Part shown: positions 17,247 to 26,684 of the stretch, one piece after another
Layout of the letters: each line of letters opens with the position of its first letter
Numbering within the stretch: the first letter of the stretch is position 1
Assembly (NCBI GenBank): GCA_963845535.1
Contig: CAWJSK010000019.1
Coordinates: 443,358-507,357, forward strand
Length of the DNA stretch: 64,000 nt
Source of the DNA: an uncultured Spirochaetota bacterium
GTDB lineage: Bacteria > Spirochaetota > Spirochaetia > SZUA-6 > Fen-1364
Direction: 5' to 3'
Notes under the pieces: generated by a model
Told to the model about the DNA's origin: nothing
Database searches by the model: none
What the model saw: only the letters and a program-made list of their open reading frames with translations
Position numbers and translations under genes: made by a program

Positions 17247-18406
17247 ATCATGTCCCTGATGAGCTTCGACTCCTCCGTGCCGAGCACCCGCGCGATTCCC
17301 AGCCCTTTTCCTTCCGTGATCTGGACGAGGGGCGGGTCATCGAGCTTCATCCCTTGCGGGTCCACCACGACCCGGACAACCGGGCAGCGCGGCCGCGCCG
17401 GGTCAGTCCGCGTCACAAGACCCTTGCTGTTGTTGGTGAGCAGCACCGCGGTTCCCACGGGGTACACCGACAGCGTGTACACGAAGGCCTTGAGCACCTT
17501 GTCATCGTAATGGCCGCGGTGCTTCTGGAGGAGGTCTTTGATGGAGGAATGGCCGTCGAGAGGCTCCGATTTGAACGGACGGCTGGAGACCATTGCATCA
17601 TACGAGCAGGCCACGGCAATGATCTTGGCGTACTCTGTGATCTTGTCTCCCGAAAGCCCGCGCGGGTAGCCGGTCCCGTCCACCCTTTCGTGATGCTCGA
17701 GAGCGGCGAGCGCGACGTTCTCAGGCGCCGAGAAGCCCTTCAGGATCCTGTACCCCAGGAGCGTGTGGGTGGCGAGGACTTTCTTCTGCTCATCGTTCAA
17801 GGGGTCGGAGGATCGGCGCAGCTCCACGGGAAGCTTGAACATGCCGATCTCGTGCAGGAGGCACGCGTTACCCAGCTCAATGAGGCGATGCGGAGGAGCC
17901 TTGAGGAACTCCCCGATGGCGATGGAAAGGATGGTCGTGTTGACCGCGTGGCTGATCAGGTACCGGTCCCCTTCCGCGTTCCTGTCGACGAAGCGCAGGA
18001 GCGAATCCCGATTGTCGTGCACCATCTGGATGGTCTTCTTGACCCACTCGGTGATTTCTCCCAGGCGCATGACACCGTCCGCCACGTAGTTGGCGAACAG
18101 CGCGGATGCGAACCCTGAGAGCTCCCGGTAGAACGTACGGGCGGCCGCCGCCTGCTTGTTTGCCGCGATGTCTTCGTCGATTGTCTGCGGCGCCACGCTT
18201 GTGGACTCCGAGCCGGAGAGGTAGCTCGGGACATCTTTCCTGGTCCCGTCAGAAAAGACTTCCGTGTACTTCCACTTCCTCAGCCTGTTGGTCAGCTCCG
18301 GCGTGACAGGGGAATCCGGCGTGAGGAGGATGAACCCCTTGTCGAGGAAAACGGGTTGATCGAAATAAATGTTGGGCGTCAACTCCGATAGTGACATGCC
18401 CCTCAT
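17243..18406 (-). CDS. HD-GYP domain protein (degenerate metal ligands)
   Basis: HAVN, LLHEIG, HHERVDGTGYPRG, ACSYDAM, YPVGT.V.L. Confidence 0.88.
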   Translation of the reverse strand: MRGMSLSELTPNIYFDQPVFLDKGFILLTPDSPVTPELTNRLRKWKYTEVFSDGTRKDVPSYLSGSESTSVAPQTIDEDIAANKQAAAARTFYRELSGFASALFANYVADGVMRLGEITEWVKKTIQMVHDNRDSLLRFVDRNAEGDRYLISHAVNTTILSIAIGEFLKAPPHRLIELGNACLLHEIGMFKLPVELRRSSDPLNDEQKKVLATHTLLGYRILKGFSAPENVALAALEHHERVDGTGYPRGLSGDKITEYAKIIAVACSYDAMVSSRPFKSEPLDGHSSIKDLLQKHRGHYDDKVLKAFVYTLSVYPVGTAVLLTNNSKGLVTRTDPARPRCPVVRVVVDPQGMKLDDPPLVQITEGKGLGIARVLGTEESKLIRDMI

Positions 18407-18492
18407 GGTCTGTAGTCCCTTCTCCCCTTTACTGGGGACCCCTTTTCTCCTACTATATCGCGCCTAGTCTACTCTCAGTATAGGGGTTTTTC

Positions 18493-19308
18493 ATGAAATT
18501 GAAAGCCATCTTCGTGATACTCAATGTCGTCCTTGGGGTTGCATTCCTCGTGATCTTTCTTACGCCCGTCTTTATGCTGGGGGGGGACTGGTCCTCGCTG
18601 TTCTGGTCTCGGAACTGGCCCATCGCGCTTGTGTTCCTCGCCGCCCTCGCGGCGGTCGACGCTTATTTCATCCTCAACTGGAGGCTCTTCGACGGGCTGG
18701 AACGGGAGGATTGGACGAGCGTGGCGGGTTTTTTGGAGAAGAGGATATACCACCACGGCTGGGTGTCCGCCATGCGCGTCCGACTGCTCCTCAACACGTA
18801 CCTGGTGACCTCCAACACGGAGAGCATCCGCGCGCTGGAGACTTTTCTTCGAGGCCGAAAACCGCGCCTCATCCCCCAGTTCAGCCTTCAGTTCGGCATC
18901 CCCTATCTGCTGGCGAAAGACCCCAAGGAGCCCGAAACTTTTTTCCGCGGCCTCCTGGCAACAAAAAAGGTGTCGGACAGGGACTGGGTCAGATGGAACC
19001 ACGCTTTCAGCCTGCTGCAGATGAAATCCGCGGAGGAGGCAAAGGCCGAGCTTTCGGAGCTTTCGAAATCCGATCGGGACCCCGTGCTCCAGCTTCTCTC
19101 CCTCTACCTCCTGGACGTGGTTGCCAAGGATGATCCTGCCCTCGAAACGGAAGTGTCAGCGCTGCGTGAAAACCTTCGCGCGCGCTCGACGCGGGAGCAG
19201 ATCATCAAGGCAATCGAAAAAGCCGGCAACAACATGGAGGTCATCGTGCTCTCCCGGATGCTGCACGACGCGGTGGAGTGGCTTTTCGCGGCGCCCGCCG
19301 TGACGTAA
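18493..19308 (+). CDS. Hypothetical membrane-anchored protein
   Basis: 271 aa with two N-terminal TM helices and a helical soluble region; host-like codon usage. Confidence 0.75.
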   Translation: MKLKAIFVILNVVLGVAFLVIFLTPVFMLGGDWSSLFWSRNWPIALVFLAALAAVDAYFILNWRLFDGLEREDWTSVAGFLEKRIYHHGWVSAMRVRLLLNTYLVTSNTESIRALETFLRGRKPRLIPQFSLQFGIPYLLAKDPKEPETFFRGLLATKKVSDRDWVRWNHAFSLLQMKSAEEAKAELSELSKSDRDPVLQLLSLYLLDVVAKDDPALETEVSALRENLRARSTREQIIKAIEKAGNNMEVIVLSRMLHDAVEWLFAAPAVT

Positions 19309-19319
19309 GGTCGGCTCGC

Positions 19320-20357
19320 ATGCCCGTGAAGAAGAAGCGGGGACTCGCCTTCCTTGCGCTCACCGTTCTTCTTTTTGCCGCGGTCATTGCCGGCCTCTGC
19401 GTCGGAACCGTGCCCATCAAACCGCTGTCCGTGCTCGCCATGGCCGCGCGGTCACTCGGCCTGCCCCTGTTCGCGGCGCCGGACGCCACCACGGTCACCA
19501 TCGTCAGCGAGCTGCGCCTGCCGCGCGTGATAGCGGCGGTGCTCGTGGGCTGCTCCCTCGCCGTTTGCGGCGTGGTCATGCAAGGGCTGTTCAGGAACCC
19601 GATGGCAAGCCCGGAAATCCTCGGCGTTTCCGCGGGCGGCAGCCTGGGGGCCGTCATCGCCATAACGACGGGCTTCGTGGAAACGTCACAGCTTCTCATG
19701 CCGGTATTCACAATCGCGGGGGCGTTTCTTTCAACGACCCTGATCTACCTCCTTTCCAGCTCGCGGGGAACAACGTCTCTTTTTTTCATCATCATTTCCG
19801 GAATGGCCATTTCCGCGCTCTGCGGCGGGGTGACCTCGGGTCTGCTTTTGTTTGCCCGCCAATACGAGGTGAGCCAGTACGTCTTCTGGACCATGGGGGG
19901 CCTTGACGGCCGCACCTGGCAGCACGTGCTGCTCTCAGCGCCAGTCCTTGTTCCCGGAGTCATCGCGCTCTCCCTTTTCTCCCGCGAGCTGAACCTCTTC
20001 AGCCTGGGGGAGGAAGGAGCGCATTCTCTCGGCGTATCCGTGGAGACGGTCAAGCGCATCCTGCTGGCGCTCAGCGCGGTTGTCACAGGGGTCGCAATTT
20101 CCGTGACAGGCCCAATCGGTTTCATCGGGCTCCTCGTGCCGCACCTCTTGAGGATGCTGATTGGTCCCGATCATCGGCGGCTGATCCTCGCCTCTGCGTT
20201 GGGAGGCGGGCTGTTCCTCGTCGTCTGCGACCTGATTGGCCGCTCCATTGCGCCGCCGTTCGAGATACGGGTCGGCATCATCACTGCCGTCATCGGCAGC
20301 CCGTACCTCCTGAGCCTCGTCCTGCGCGCGCAGAGGCGTGCGGTGAGTGTGCAGTGA
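19320..20357 (+). CDS. FecCD/BtuC-family iron-chelate or cobalamin ABC permease
   Basis: LRLPRV, QGLFRNPMASP.ILGVS.G, GPIGFIGLLVPH, GSPY. Confidence 0.92.
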   Translation: MPVKKKRGLAFLALTVLLFAAVIAGLCVGTVPIKPLSVLAMAARSLGLPLFAAPDATTVTIVSELRLPRVIAAVLVGCSLAVCGVVMQGLFRNPMASPEILGVSAGGSLGAVIAITTGFVETSQLLMPVFTIAGAFLSTTLIYLLSSSRGTTSLFFIIISGMAISALCGGVTSGLLLFARQYEVSQYVFWTMGGLDGRTWQHVLLSAPVLVPGVIALSLFSRELNLFSLGEEGAHSLGVSVETVKRILLALSAVVTGVAISVTGPIGFIGLLVPHLLRMLIGPDHRRLILASALGGGLFLVVCDLIGRSIAPPFEIRVGIITAVIGSPYLLSLVLRAQRRAVSVQ

Positions 20358-21618
20358 GCGCAGTGAGCGAGCAGTGACGGCCCTTGTCGAGGCGGCCGGG
20401 CTTGTATGGTCCGCGGGCCCCAAGCGCATCATCGACTCGATCGACCTTTCGGTGGACCGAGGGGAGCTTGTCGGGATCATCGGACCCAACGGCTCCGGAA
20501 AAACCTCCCTTCTGCGGCTGCTGTCGGGAGCCCTTCGTCCCACAAGCGGCGAAGTGCGTCTTTGCGGGCGCCTGCTCCCGGAAATGAGCGCGCGCGAGCG
20601 TGCCCGGCTCCTTGCCTGGATGAGCCAGGAGGCCCTTTTTGCCCCGGCGTTTACGGTGATGGAAGTCCTGCTCATGGGCAGGTATCCGTACCGGGGAAGA
20701 TTCGACCCGGAGTCCGCCCAGGACAAGCAAATGGCCCTGGACGCCCTGTCAGTGGTCGGGCTGCCGGGCCTCGAAGACAGGGTCATGGGGGAGCTCTCCG
20801 GCGGTGAACGCCAGCTCGTGCTTTTTGCGAAGACTCTGGTTCAGGACACCGACATTTTTCTGCTGGACGAGCCGAGCTCGAGCCTCGACATTGGCCATCA
20901 GGACCGGATTTTCTCCATGACGCAGGAGATGGCCCGTTCCGGCCGTGCCGTGATTGTCTCCGTTCACAACCTCAGTGTGGCCGCCGAATACTGCACGCGC
21001 CTTGTTTTGCTGGACAAAGGGGCCATAGCCGCATCCGGCGCGCCTGAAGCGGTGCTGCGGCCTGAGCTGCTTGACCGTGTCTATGCGGTTCGGACGCTGA
21101 TCTCAGCGAGCTCCGCCACGGGAAGCTTGACGGTGACCGTTGTGCCTGGCCGCGCCGTTTCCCGGACGATGAGAGTGCACCTCATCGGCGGGGCGGGCAG
21201 CGCGGTGAACCTGACGCGTGAGCTGTATCGCAGGGGGTTCCGTCTCTCGGGAGGAATTGCGCACGAATACGATTCTGATGAGAAGCTTTGGCGAAGCCTT
21301 GCTTTGCCCGTGGAATCCGTGGGCGCTTTCTCGCGGATAGACGATGCGGACGTGGCCCGCGCATCCCGCCTTGTCCGTGAAGCCGATGTGACAATCCTTT
21401 GCCCGTTCCCCGTTGGCACGGGCAACCTTGGCAACCTGCGGCTTGCGGGCCACGCGCGCCGGCTCATCATCATGGAGCCCGGTTCTGGAGAGGTGGAGAG
21501 GGATTTCTTCTCCCCTGAGGCGGGGGAGATTTTCGAAGAGCTTCGGGCCGGGGCCACGCTGCTCGGCTACCCGGAGATCGTTTCCCGGCTGACGGCAGAG
21601 ACTGAAGCCGCGCAGTAG
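20347..21618 (+). CDS. BtuD/FecE-like ABC ATPase with ~160 aa C-terminal extension
   Basis: GPNGSGKT, LSGGERQ, LLDEP; extension begins RVHLIGGAGSA; true start may be the GTG near 20374. Confidence 0.88.
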   Translation: MCSERSERAVTALVEAAGLVWSAGPKRIIDSIDLSVDRGELVGIIGPNGSGKTSLLRLLSGALRPTSGEVRLCGRLLPEMSARERARLLAWMSQEALFAPAFTVMEVLLMGRYPYRGRFDPESAQDKQMALDALSVVGLPGLEDRVMGELSGGERQLVLFAKTLVQDTDIFLLDEPSSSLDIGHQDRIFSMTQEMARSGRAVIVSVHNLSVAAEYCTRLVLLDKGAIAASGAPEAVLRPELLDRVYAVRTLISASSATGSLTVTVVPGRAVSRTMRVHLIGGAGSAVNLTRELYRRGFRLSGGIAHEYDSDEKLWRSLALPVESVGAFSRIDDADVARASRLVREADVTILCPFPVGTGNLGNLRLAGHARRLIIMEPGSGEVERDFFSPEAGEIFEELRAGATLLGYPEIVSRLTAETEAAQ

Positions 21619-21629
21619 GGCGGCTTCAG
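21602..21629. terminator. Perfect 10-bp stem hairpin spanning the ATPase stop, between convergent genes
   Basis: CTGAAGCCGC-N8-GCGGCTTCAG; no strong U-tract. Confidence 0.4.
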
Positions 21630-21664
21630 CCGTATTCGGCGCTCTTCCCGCCCGCTCCCAACGC

Positions 21665-22276
21665 CTAAACGCCCGTGATCCCGAGGCTTGCTTTCAGGCG
21701 ATTGATCTCAGCTCGCAAGGACGACGCCACGGGCTTGTACTTCGACTCGCGATAGGCGCGCAGGTAATCATCCGTGGCCTCCAGGAGCTTTTTCTCCGCT
21801 TCGTCGAACTGACGGCAGGCACCGGCGGCAAGCTCTTTGCGCCCCGTGGCGTTGTAGTAGACGGCGAGGCCCTTGTATGCGGCAAGGAAGTACGGGTCAC
21901 AGAGGATGGCGGAGTGGAATGAGAGCTCCACCAGGCCGGCTGCCTGGACCTGACGCGCCGAGCCTTCCGCCATGTCTCCCAGGTGCTGGATGATGTCTCC
22001 GGCAAGGCCGACGAACGTGGCAGCGAACGCCGAGAGCGCCTGTGCCGGGTCCTGCCAGATCTTGGCGAGGTCGACGAAGTTGTTCTTCACGCAATCGTGG
22101 TACTCCGCGACGAATACGAGGCGGCTGATCTTCAGAACGTCGCCTTTGGCATTGTCAATGATTGCCTTCAGGACTTCAGCACGGATGAGGCTCCAATGCG
22201 CGCGGCTGGAGAGCGCCCGAAGGAGCTCGTGACTGTCCTTTATATTGAAGAGTTTTTCACTTCCGAATAATGCCAT
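21665..22276 (-). CDS. Hypothetical helical protein with a TPR-like C-terminal segment
   Basis: 203 aa from MALFGSEK; AILCDPYFLAAYKGLAVYY TPR-like helix pair. Confidence 0.65.
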   Translation of the reverse strand: MALFGSEKLFNIKDSHELLRALSSRAHWSLIRAEVLKAIIDNAKGDVLKISRLVFVAEYHDCVKNNFVDLAKIWQDPAQALSAFAATFVGLAGDIIQHLGDMAEGSARQVQAAGLVELSFHSAILCDPYFLAAYKGLAVYYNATGRKELAAGACRQFDEAEKKLLEATDDYLRAYRESKYKPVASSLRAEINRLKASLGITGV

Positions 22277-22479
22277 TTCTGCTCCGCAACCCAATAATGC
22301 GCTTCAGGCCCAGGAAAGCGTACGATCCCGGGTGCGTACGGGCAAACTCCACTTTATTGGAGCAACAAAGTATTTTGGATTATGTCCAAAAGCAGTGAAA
22401 TAGACAAGCGGCTTCTCGGAAAGTACTTCTCGGAGAGTATCTCGCCTTTCCAGGAATCCTCAAGCTCGTGTCATTTCAT

Positions 22480-22640
22480 AGAAAGGCATTTACTCCCTAG
22501 AAATATTGCATGCTGAGCAGCCTGACCATCTCCCGTGCGGATGCCTCTCCGCGATAATGCCGGGCAACCTCAATAAAACCGTGAATGAAGTTATCCGCGA
22601 GGATGTGATAGAAAGCTTTGCTCTTGTGATGAAGTTCTCA
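22480..22640 (-). pseudogene. Possible remnant of a TetR-family regulator C-terminal domain
   Basis: Manual translation ELHHKSKAFYHILADNFIHGFIEVARHYRGEASAREMVRLLSMQYF*GVNAFL; no start codon, internal stop. Confidence 0.3.
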
Positions 22641-22709
22641 AAGCCCGGTTCCGCTGTGCTCTCTTCCTTCTCCACCATTTGGCTCACGAGGTAGTATGTA
22701 GGCTTATTA

Positions 22710-22736
22710 GCTCGCCTGTCGCAGCCACAGGCGAGC
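22710..22736. repeat. Perfect inverted repeat (10-bp stem)
   Basis: GCTCGCCTGT-CGCAGCC-ACAGGCGAGC. Confidence 0.6.
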
Positions 22737-22779
22737 CCGGAGCGGGCGCTGGCCAACCGGGAACAAGCGGAGGCCAATC

Positions 22780-23071
22780 TGTCCGGGGTCACATAGAATC
22801 CCCAGCTGAGCGGGAGCTGGGGTCACGTCAATTCCCCACCCCGACGATCGCCGGTAGGGTGTCTCCAGAGGGGAGACATCAAGGATGGGCTATCGAAGGA
22901 TGAAGAAGCGCGACCTATGGGAGATCTACCGCAGATGGCAGGCCGGGCAGTCGCTCTCGCACATCGCCGCCAACGAGCGGCGCGATCGTAAAACCGTCCA
23001 TGGACGATCAACAATTCTACGAGGTAGTTCAGAAGCTGCTGCCCAGTCGAAACGAGCGTCCAGCTCCTTAA
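22780..23071 (+). mobile_element. IS21-family remnant: left end plus truncated istA 5' fragment
   Basis: TGT terminus followed by repeats GGGGTCACATAGAATCCCCA and GGGGTCACGTCAATTCCCCA; ORF MGYRRMKKRDLWEIYRRWQAGQSLSHIAANERRDRKTV is an IstA-like N-terminal HTH that then breaks. Confidence 0.75.
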
Positions 23072-23105
23072 AGCCTGAAAAGAAAGAATTTAAATAAAAT
23101 TTGCA

Positions 23106-23903
23106 ATGTTATACATTATGACAATGGCAGCACGCTCAAAAGCAGGAGACGGCTTTACTCTAAAAATAGAGGGTCGGACAAGGAAGTTCCCGGTGCAGGA
23201 ATTGCCTAAGGATTTTGTCGAGTGGAACCTGGGCCAGCGGATCGTTAATCTGAAAAAGATGCGCGCGGCATTAGAAGGCAAAGAGCACTCGGCAATGGGG
23301 GGAGGCGGAGTTGGATCTCACTTACCGGTGTATATCACCCCCAATGCAAAAGAGAGCGCGCTTTTCCCCGTAAACGCGGCAACAAAAGGGACTGGATTCG
23401 TCGTCAAAGAGGAATACTTGGAGTACTACCTCAAGAAGTTTCGAACCATCTATGAGCAAACCGTGATTAAGGGCGAGGCGTCTTCCGAAGCAATAGCCGA
23501 ATCTGCCCGCGCTCGTATCGAAGCCATCCTGGAGTTTTATGAAGATACCGATAAAATAGATTTTCGCTGCATGGCCGGCTTGGAGATTTGGCCCGGAAGA
23601 ACGACAGAAAACTTCCATGCCGATCCGCGAGTCTCGATCCACTTTTTAGGGATGTCGTTGCCAGAGCGGCCCACGCGATACAATCAATGGCAGGTAAATT
23701 GCATTTGGGAAAAAATCGAACCCAACGATAGGCGATTTGAGTTTGGCGTGGCGCTGCGCCGATTAACACTAGGCAATGTGGGGGAATCGTTCGTGCCGGG
23801 ACATATCCCCACCGAACATACGCCGACGCGAGGCAACTACCCCTTCGGCTGGATACTCTGGGTGATCGAGACGCTCGACAAAGGCATCGATAACCTCCCG
23901 TAA
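23106..23903 (+). CDS. Hypothetical protein, probable FMN-binding split-barrel (PNPOx-like)
   Basis: LPKDFVEWN, HLPVYIT, NAATKGTGF, GLEIW.GRT.ENF..DPRVSIHF; lower GC than core genes. Confidence 0.55.
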   Translation: MLYIMTMAARSKAGDGFTLKIEGRTRKFPVQELPKDFVEWNLGQRIVNLKKMRAALEGKEHSAMGGGGVGSHLPVYITPNAKESALFPVNAATKGTGFVVKEEYLEYYLKKFRTIYEQTVIKGEASSEAIAESARARIEAILEFYEDTDKIDFRCMAGLEIWPGRTTENFHADPRVSIHFLGMSLPERPTRYNQWQVNCIWEKIEPNDRRFEFGVALRRLTLGNVGESFVPGHIPTEHTPTRGNYPFGWILWVIETLDKGIDNLP

Positions 23904-23940
23904 TGAACCTTCGGCGTCTGATTGATATCTAGACCGTACT

Positions 23941-24081
23941 TTCCCCCAGGATCTGGAGGAGTCGGCGATGATGGACGGCCTGTCGCACTACGGGATCTTT
24001 TTCCGCATCATCGCTCCCCTGTCCACGGCCATCGCGGTGACGCTGGCTGTCGCGTTCTTCGTCGCGAACTGGAACAGCTAC
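23941..24081 (+). pseudogene. Internal fragment of a carbohydrate ABC permease (MalG-type)
   Basis: FPQDLEESAMMDGLSHYGIFFRIIAPLS...FFVANWNSY (EAA loop) with neither N- nor C-terminus. Confidence 0.8.
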
Positions 24082-24301
24082 CTCTTGCTGCGCGTCAAGG
24101 GATCGAAGAGAAGGTATACCTCGAGCTCTATATCGATCAGTATGGCACCATCGCAAGGTGGTCGTGCTGAAAGATCCTGGCTACGGTTTTGCCGAAGCGG
24201 CAATCAAGGCACTCAAGGGGGTGGTAGCAAAGCCGGTGCAGGCCAACGGGTAACCCGTGGCCGTGCGCTTTCGGTACCCCATCCGCTTCAAGCTGAAATA
24301 G
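24081..24301 (+). pseudogene. tonB: TonB C-terminal domain relic
   Basis: PLAARQGIEEKVYLELYIDQYGTI / VVVLKDPGYGFAEAAIKALKG...ANG*PVAVRFRYPIRFKLK*; one frameshift and an in-frame TAA at 24251. Confidence 0.8.
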
Positions 24302-25625
24302 GACTCCCCGCGATGGCCAGCAACTGAAGAGGGTCGCCTTTTCCTTTGACGCGCGTGGCCGGCAGCGGCTGCACGGGCAGGGATTTCCGCGCCTTCACGT
24401 CCAGATTGTCGTACACTGCCCGCGAGACAATGAGGTCCCTCCCGAAGGTCTTGCACAGGTCCTGGATCCGGGATGCCGTGTTCACGGCGTCTCCAATCAC
24501 GGAGTATTCCAGAAGGTCGCCTTTTCCAATGTTTCCCGCAATCACCTCTCCGCAGTGGACACCCATGCCGATCCCGATCGGCGCAAGATTGTCTGAAAGT
24601 CGCCGGGCGTTTATTGCGCTCAATTCCCGTCGCATCCCCAGGGCCGCTCTGACTGCATTCCCGCTGTCCACGCCGGCCGATGGGGAAGGCCGGGGCGTGC
24701 CAAAAGTAGCCAGGATGGCGTCACCGATGAACTTGTCGATGGAGCCTCCCGTGGCAAAGATCACCCGTGACATGCGTTCCCGGAACTCCGCAAGAAATGC
24801 GACAAGCTCATCTGGGGATATCTGCTCGGAAAGCCCGGTGAAATCGCGTATGTCCATGAACAGAACGGCCACCTTCTGCCGCCGGCCACGGCGCAGGACC
24901 TCGGGGTTTGCTGTGATTTCTTCCACGACCCCCGGGGAAAAGTACCGAGAAAGCACAACTTTCTGCTGTTGCGCGTCAGCAAGGCGCCGCACCATGGACA
25001 CGGCTCTGTAAATGCTATAGATCGTGACAAGGCCAACGATAATCACGATCACGGGACGTTTCAGCAGCGCGTCCAGGAGATACAGTTTCCCGCTCATGCG
25101 CGCCTCAGGAAAGCTGGTTGTCAGGTCAGCATGGCCGGAGAGGGCAAGACCGACAAGGAAGTACTGGATGGCGAGCATGAAGCTGATGGTGAGGACAACG
25201 GGCTTGATCCTCAACTGGAGGACCTGCAGAATCAGGGGGAAAAGAAGGATCCAGTAGTTTTCGTTTTTTAATGCGAGCACGTAGTCGGTACGGCCATCAG
25301 CCCCTGCGGACTGCATCAGGATCATCGCGAAAATGATCGAGCAATCGAGCACGACGATAAGATAGTTGAAGGCCAGGGACCACGCCAGCTCGTGCTTGCG
25401 CAAAACGACCGTATTGACAATGGTCACGGTCCAGAACACAAGGAGCGCGATGATCGACGGCGCCGCGGTGCCGTCCTTGCGGAAAACGAACATCATCACA
25501 GTGAGGAGAAGCAGGAAGACATAGCGGAAGCGGTTCGCCATCATCATAGCGTTCTCGCTTTCCTTCTCCAATGCGACGCGGACAACCGCCCCAGACGTCC
25601 TCTTCCCTGACCCAGCATCCTCCAT
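24288..25625 (-). CDS. Membrane-bound class III adenylate/guanylate cyclase
   Basis: About 6 TM helices, then VLFMDIRDFT, DKFIGDA, GDAVNTASRI, VKGK. Confidence 0.92.
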   Translation of the reverse strand: MEDAGSGKRTSGAVVRVALEKESENAMMMANRFRYVFLLLLTVMMFVFRKDGTAAPSIIALLVFWTVTIVNTVVLRKHELAWSLAFNYLIVVLDCSIIFAMILMQSAGADGRTDYVLALKNENYWILLFPLILQVLQLRIKPVVLTISFMLAIQYFLVGLALSGHADLTTSFPEARMSGKLYLLDALLKRPVIVIIVGLVTIYSIYRAVSMVRRLADAQQQKVVLSRYFSPGVVEEITANPEVLRRGRRQKVAVLFMDIRDFTGLSEQISPDELVAFLAEFRERMSRVIFATGGSIDKFIGDAILATFGTPRPSPSAGVDSGNAVRAALGMRRELSAINARRLSDNLAPIGIGMGVHCGEVIAGNIGKGDLLEYSVIGDAVNTASRIQDLCKTFGRDLIVSRAVYDNLDVKARKSLPVQPLPATRVKGKGDPLQLLAIAGSPISA

Positions 25626-25650
25626 TTTTTCCTCTGACCTGATGCTCTGC

Positions 25651-26325
25651 TCACGCCCCACGGGTCGCCTTGAAGTACAGCAGCGTGCCGTTTTTGAGCT
25701 CCTGCGCCGAGAAAGAGAACCCATGAGACTTGAAAGCCTCTGAAAGCTGCTTTTCAGAACGCAGCTCGCCACGGAAGCTTGTGCCGCGACGGTTGCGCTC
25801 CGGCACCGGAATGCTGCAGATGAAGCTGCCGCCTGGCTTCAAGACGCGCCTGAGCTCCCCAAGAACTTTTTCGAGGGAGGTAAAGAAATTTAACGACAAG
25901 TTGCAAACCGCAACGTCGAAGCTATCCGAGGCAAAAGGCAGATCCTCGGCCGCACAGGCGTACAGCTCGAAGGATGCGATGCGCGCTTTTTCAAATTTCC
26001 TCTTCGCCAGCCTGAGAAGCCCCTCACTCACGTCGATCCCGAAATAGCGATTGTCGGGAGGCAACACTTCGGCGAGATTCCCGCTGCCGGTCGCAAGCTC
26101 AAGCACATCGGTCCGATGGAATCCGCAGAGCTGCGATCGCAGGAACTCCAGGTGCTTTTCGTATGAAGCTTCGAACTTCTTGGGGAACATCGATCCGGTC
26201 ATGATGGGGTCATAGAGAAACGCTATCAGATCGCCCATCCATGGCTTCGGACTCTTCTCGTCCCCCGAACGGTGGACGCGGCCGATACCACCTCTATGTT
26301 CGATGCTAACTCCCTCTTTCAGCAT
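25651..26325 (-). CDS. Class I SAM-dependent methyltransferase
   Basis: VLELATGSG, GIDVS, AEDLPF..DSFD, RVLKPGG. Confidence 0.88.
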   Translation of the reverse strand: MLKEGVSIEHRGGIGRVHRSGDEKSPKPWMGDLIAFLYDPIMTGSMFPKKFEASYEKHLEFLRSQLCGFHRTDVLELATGSGNLAEVLPPDNRYFGIDVSEGLLRLAKRKFEKARIASFELYACAAEDLPFASDSFDVAVCNLSLNFFTSLEKVLGELRRVLKPGGSFICSIPVPERNRRGTSFRGELRSEKQLSEAFKSHGFSFSAQELKNGTLLYFKATRGA

Positions 26326-26421
26326 GTTTTCTCCTTTCGTTTCTCCGCCTTCAAAGCACATGACGTACGAGGTTGTTTCTTATTGCATCGAGTGCGTTTT
26401 GCGACGGTAATCAATTGTTGA

Positions 26422-26635
<214 letters not shown>

Positions 26636-26684
26636 TCAAGGACGCGCTCTTCAAGGCTTCGGCTTGAAGTACGAGAGATCCGTG

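Noticed and set aside
22412-22838. Short repeats as a CRISPR array or integron attC sites
   Set aside because: Only two copies each, no regular spacers, no cas or integrase gene; the GGGGTCAC repeats fit an IS21 end
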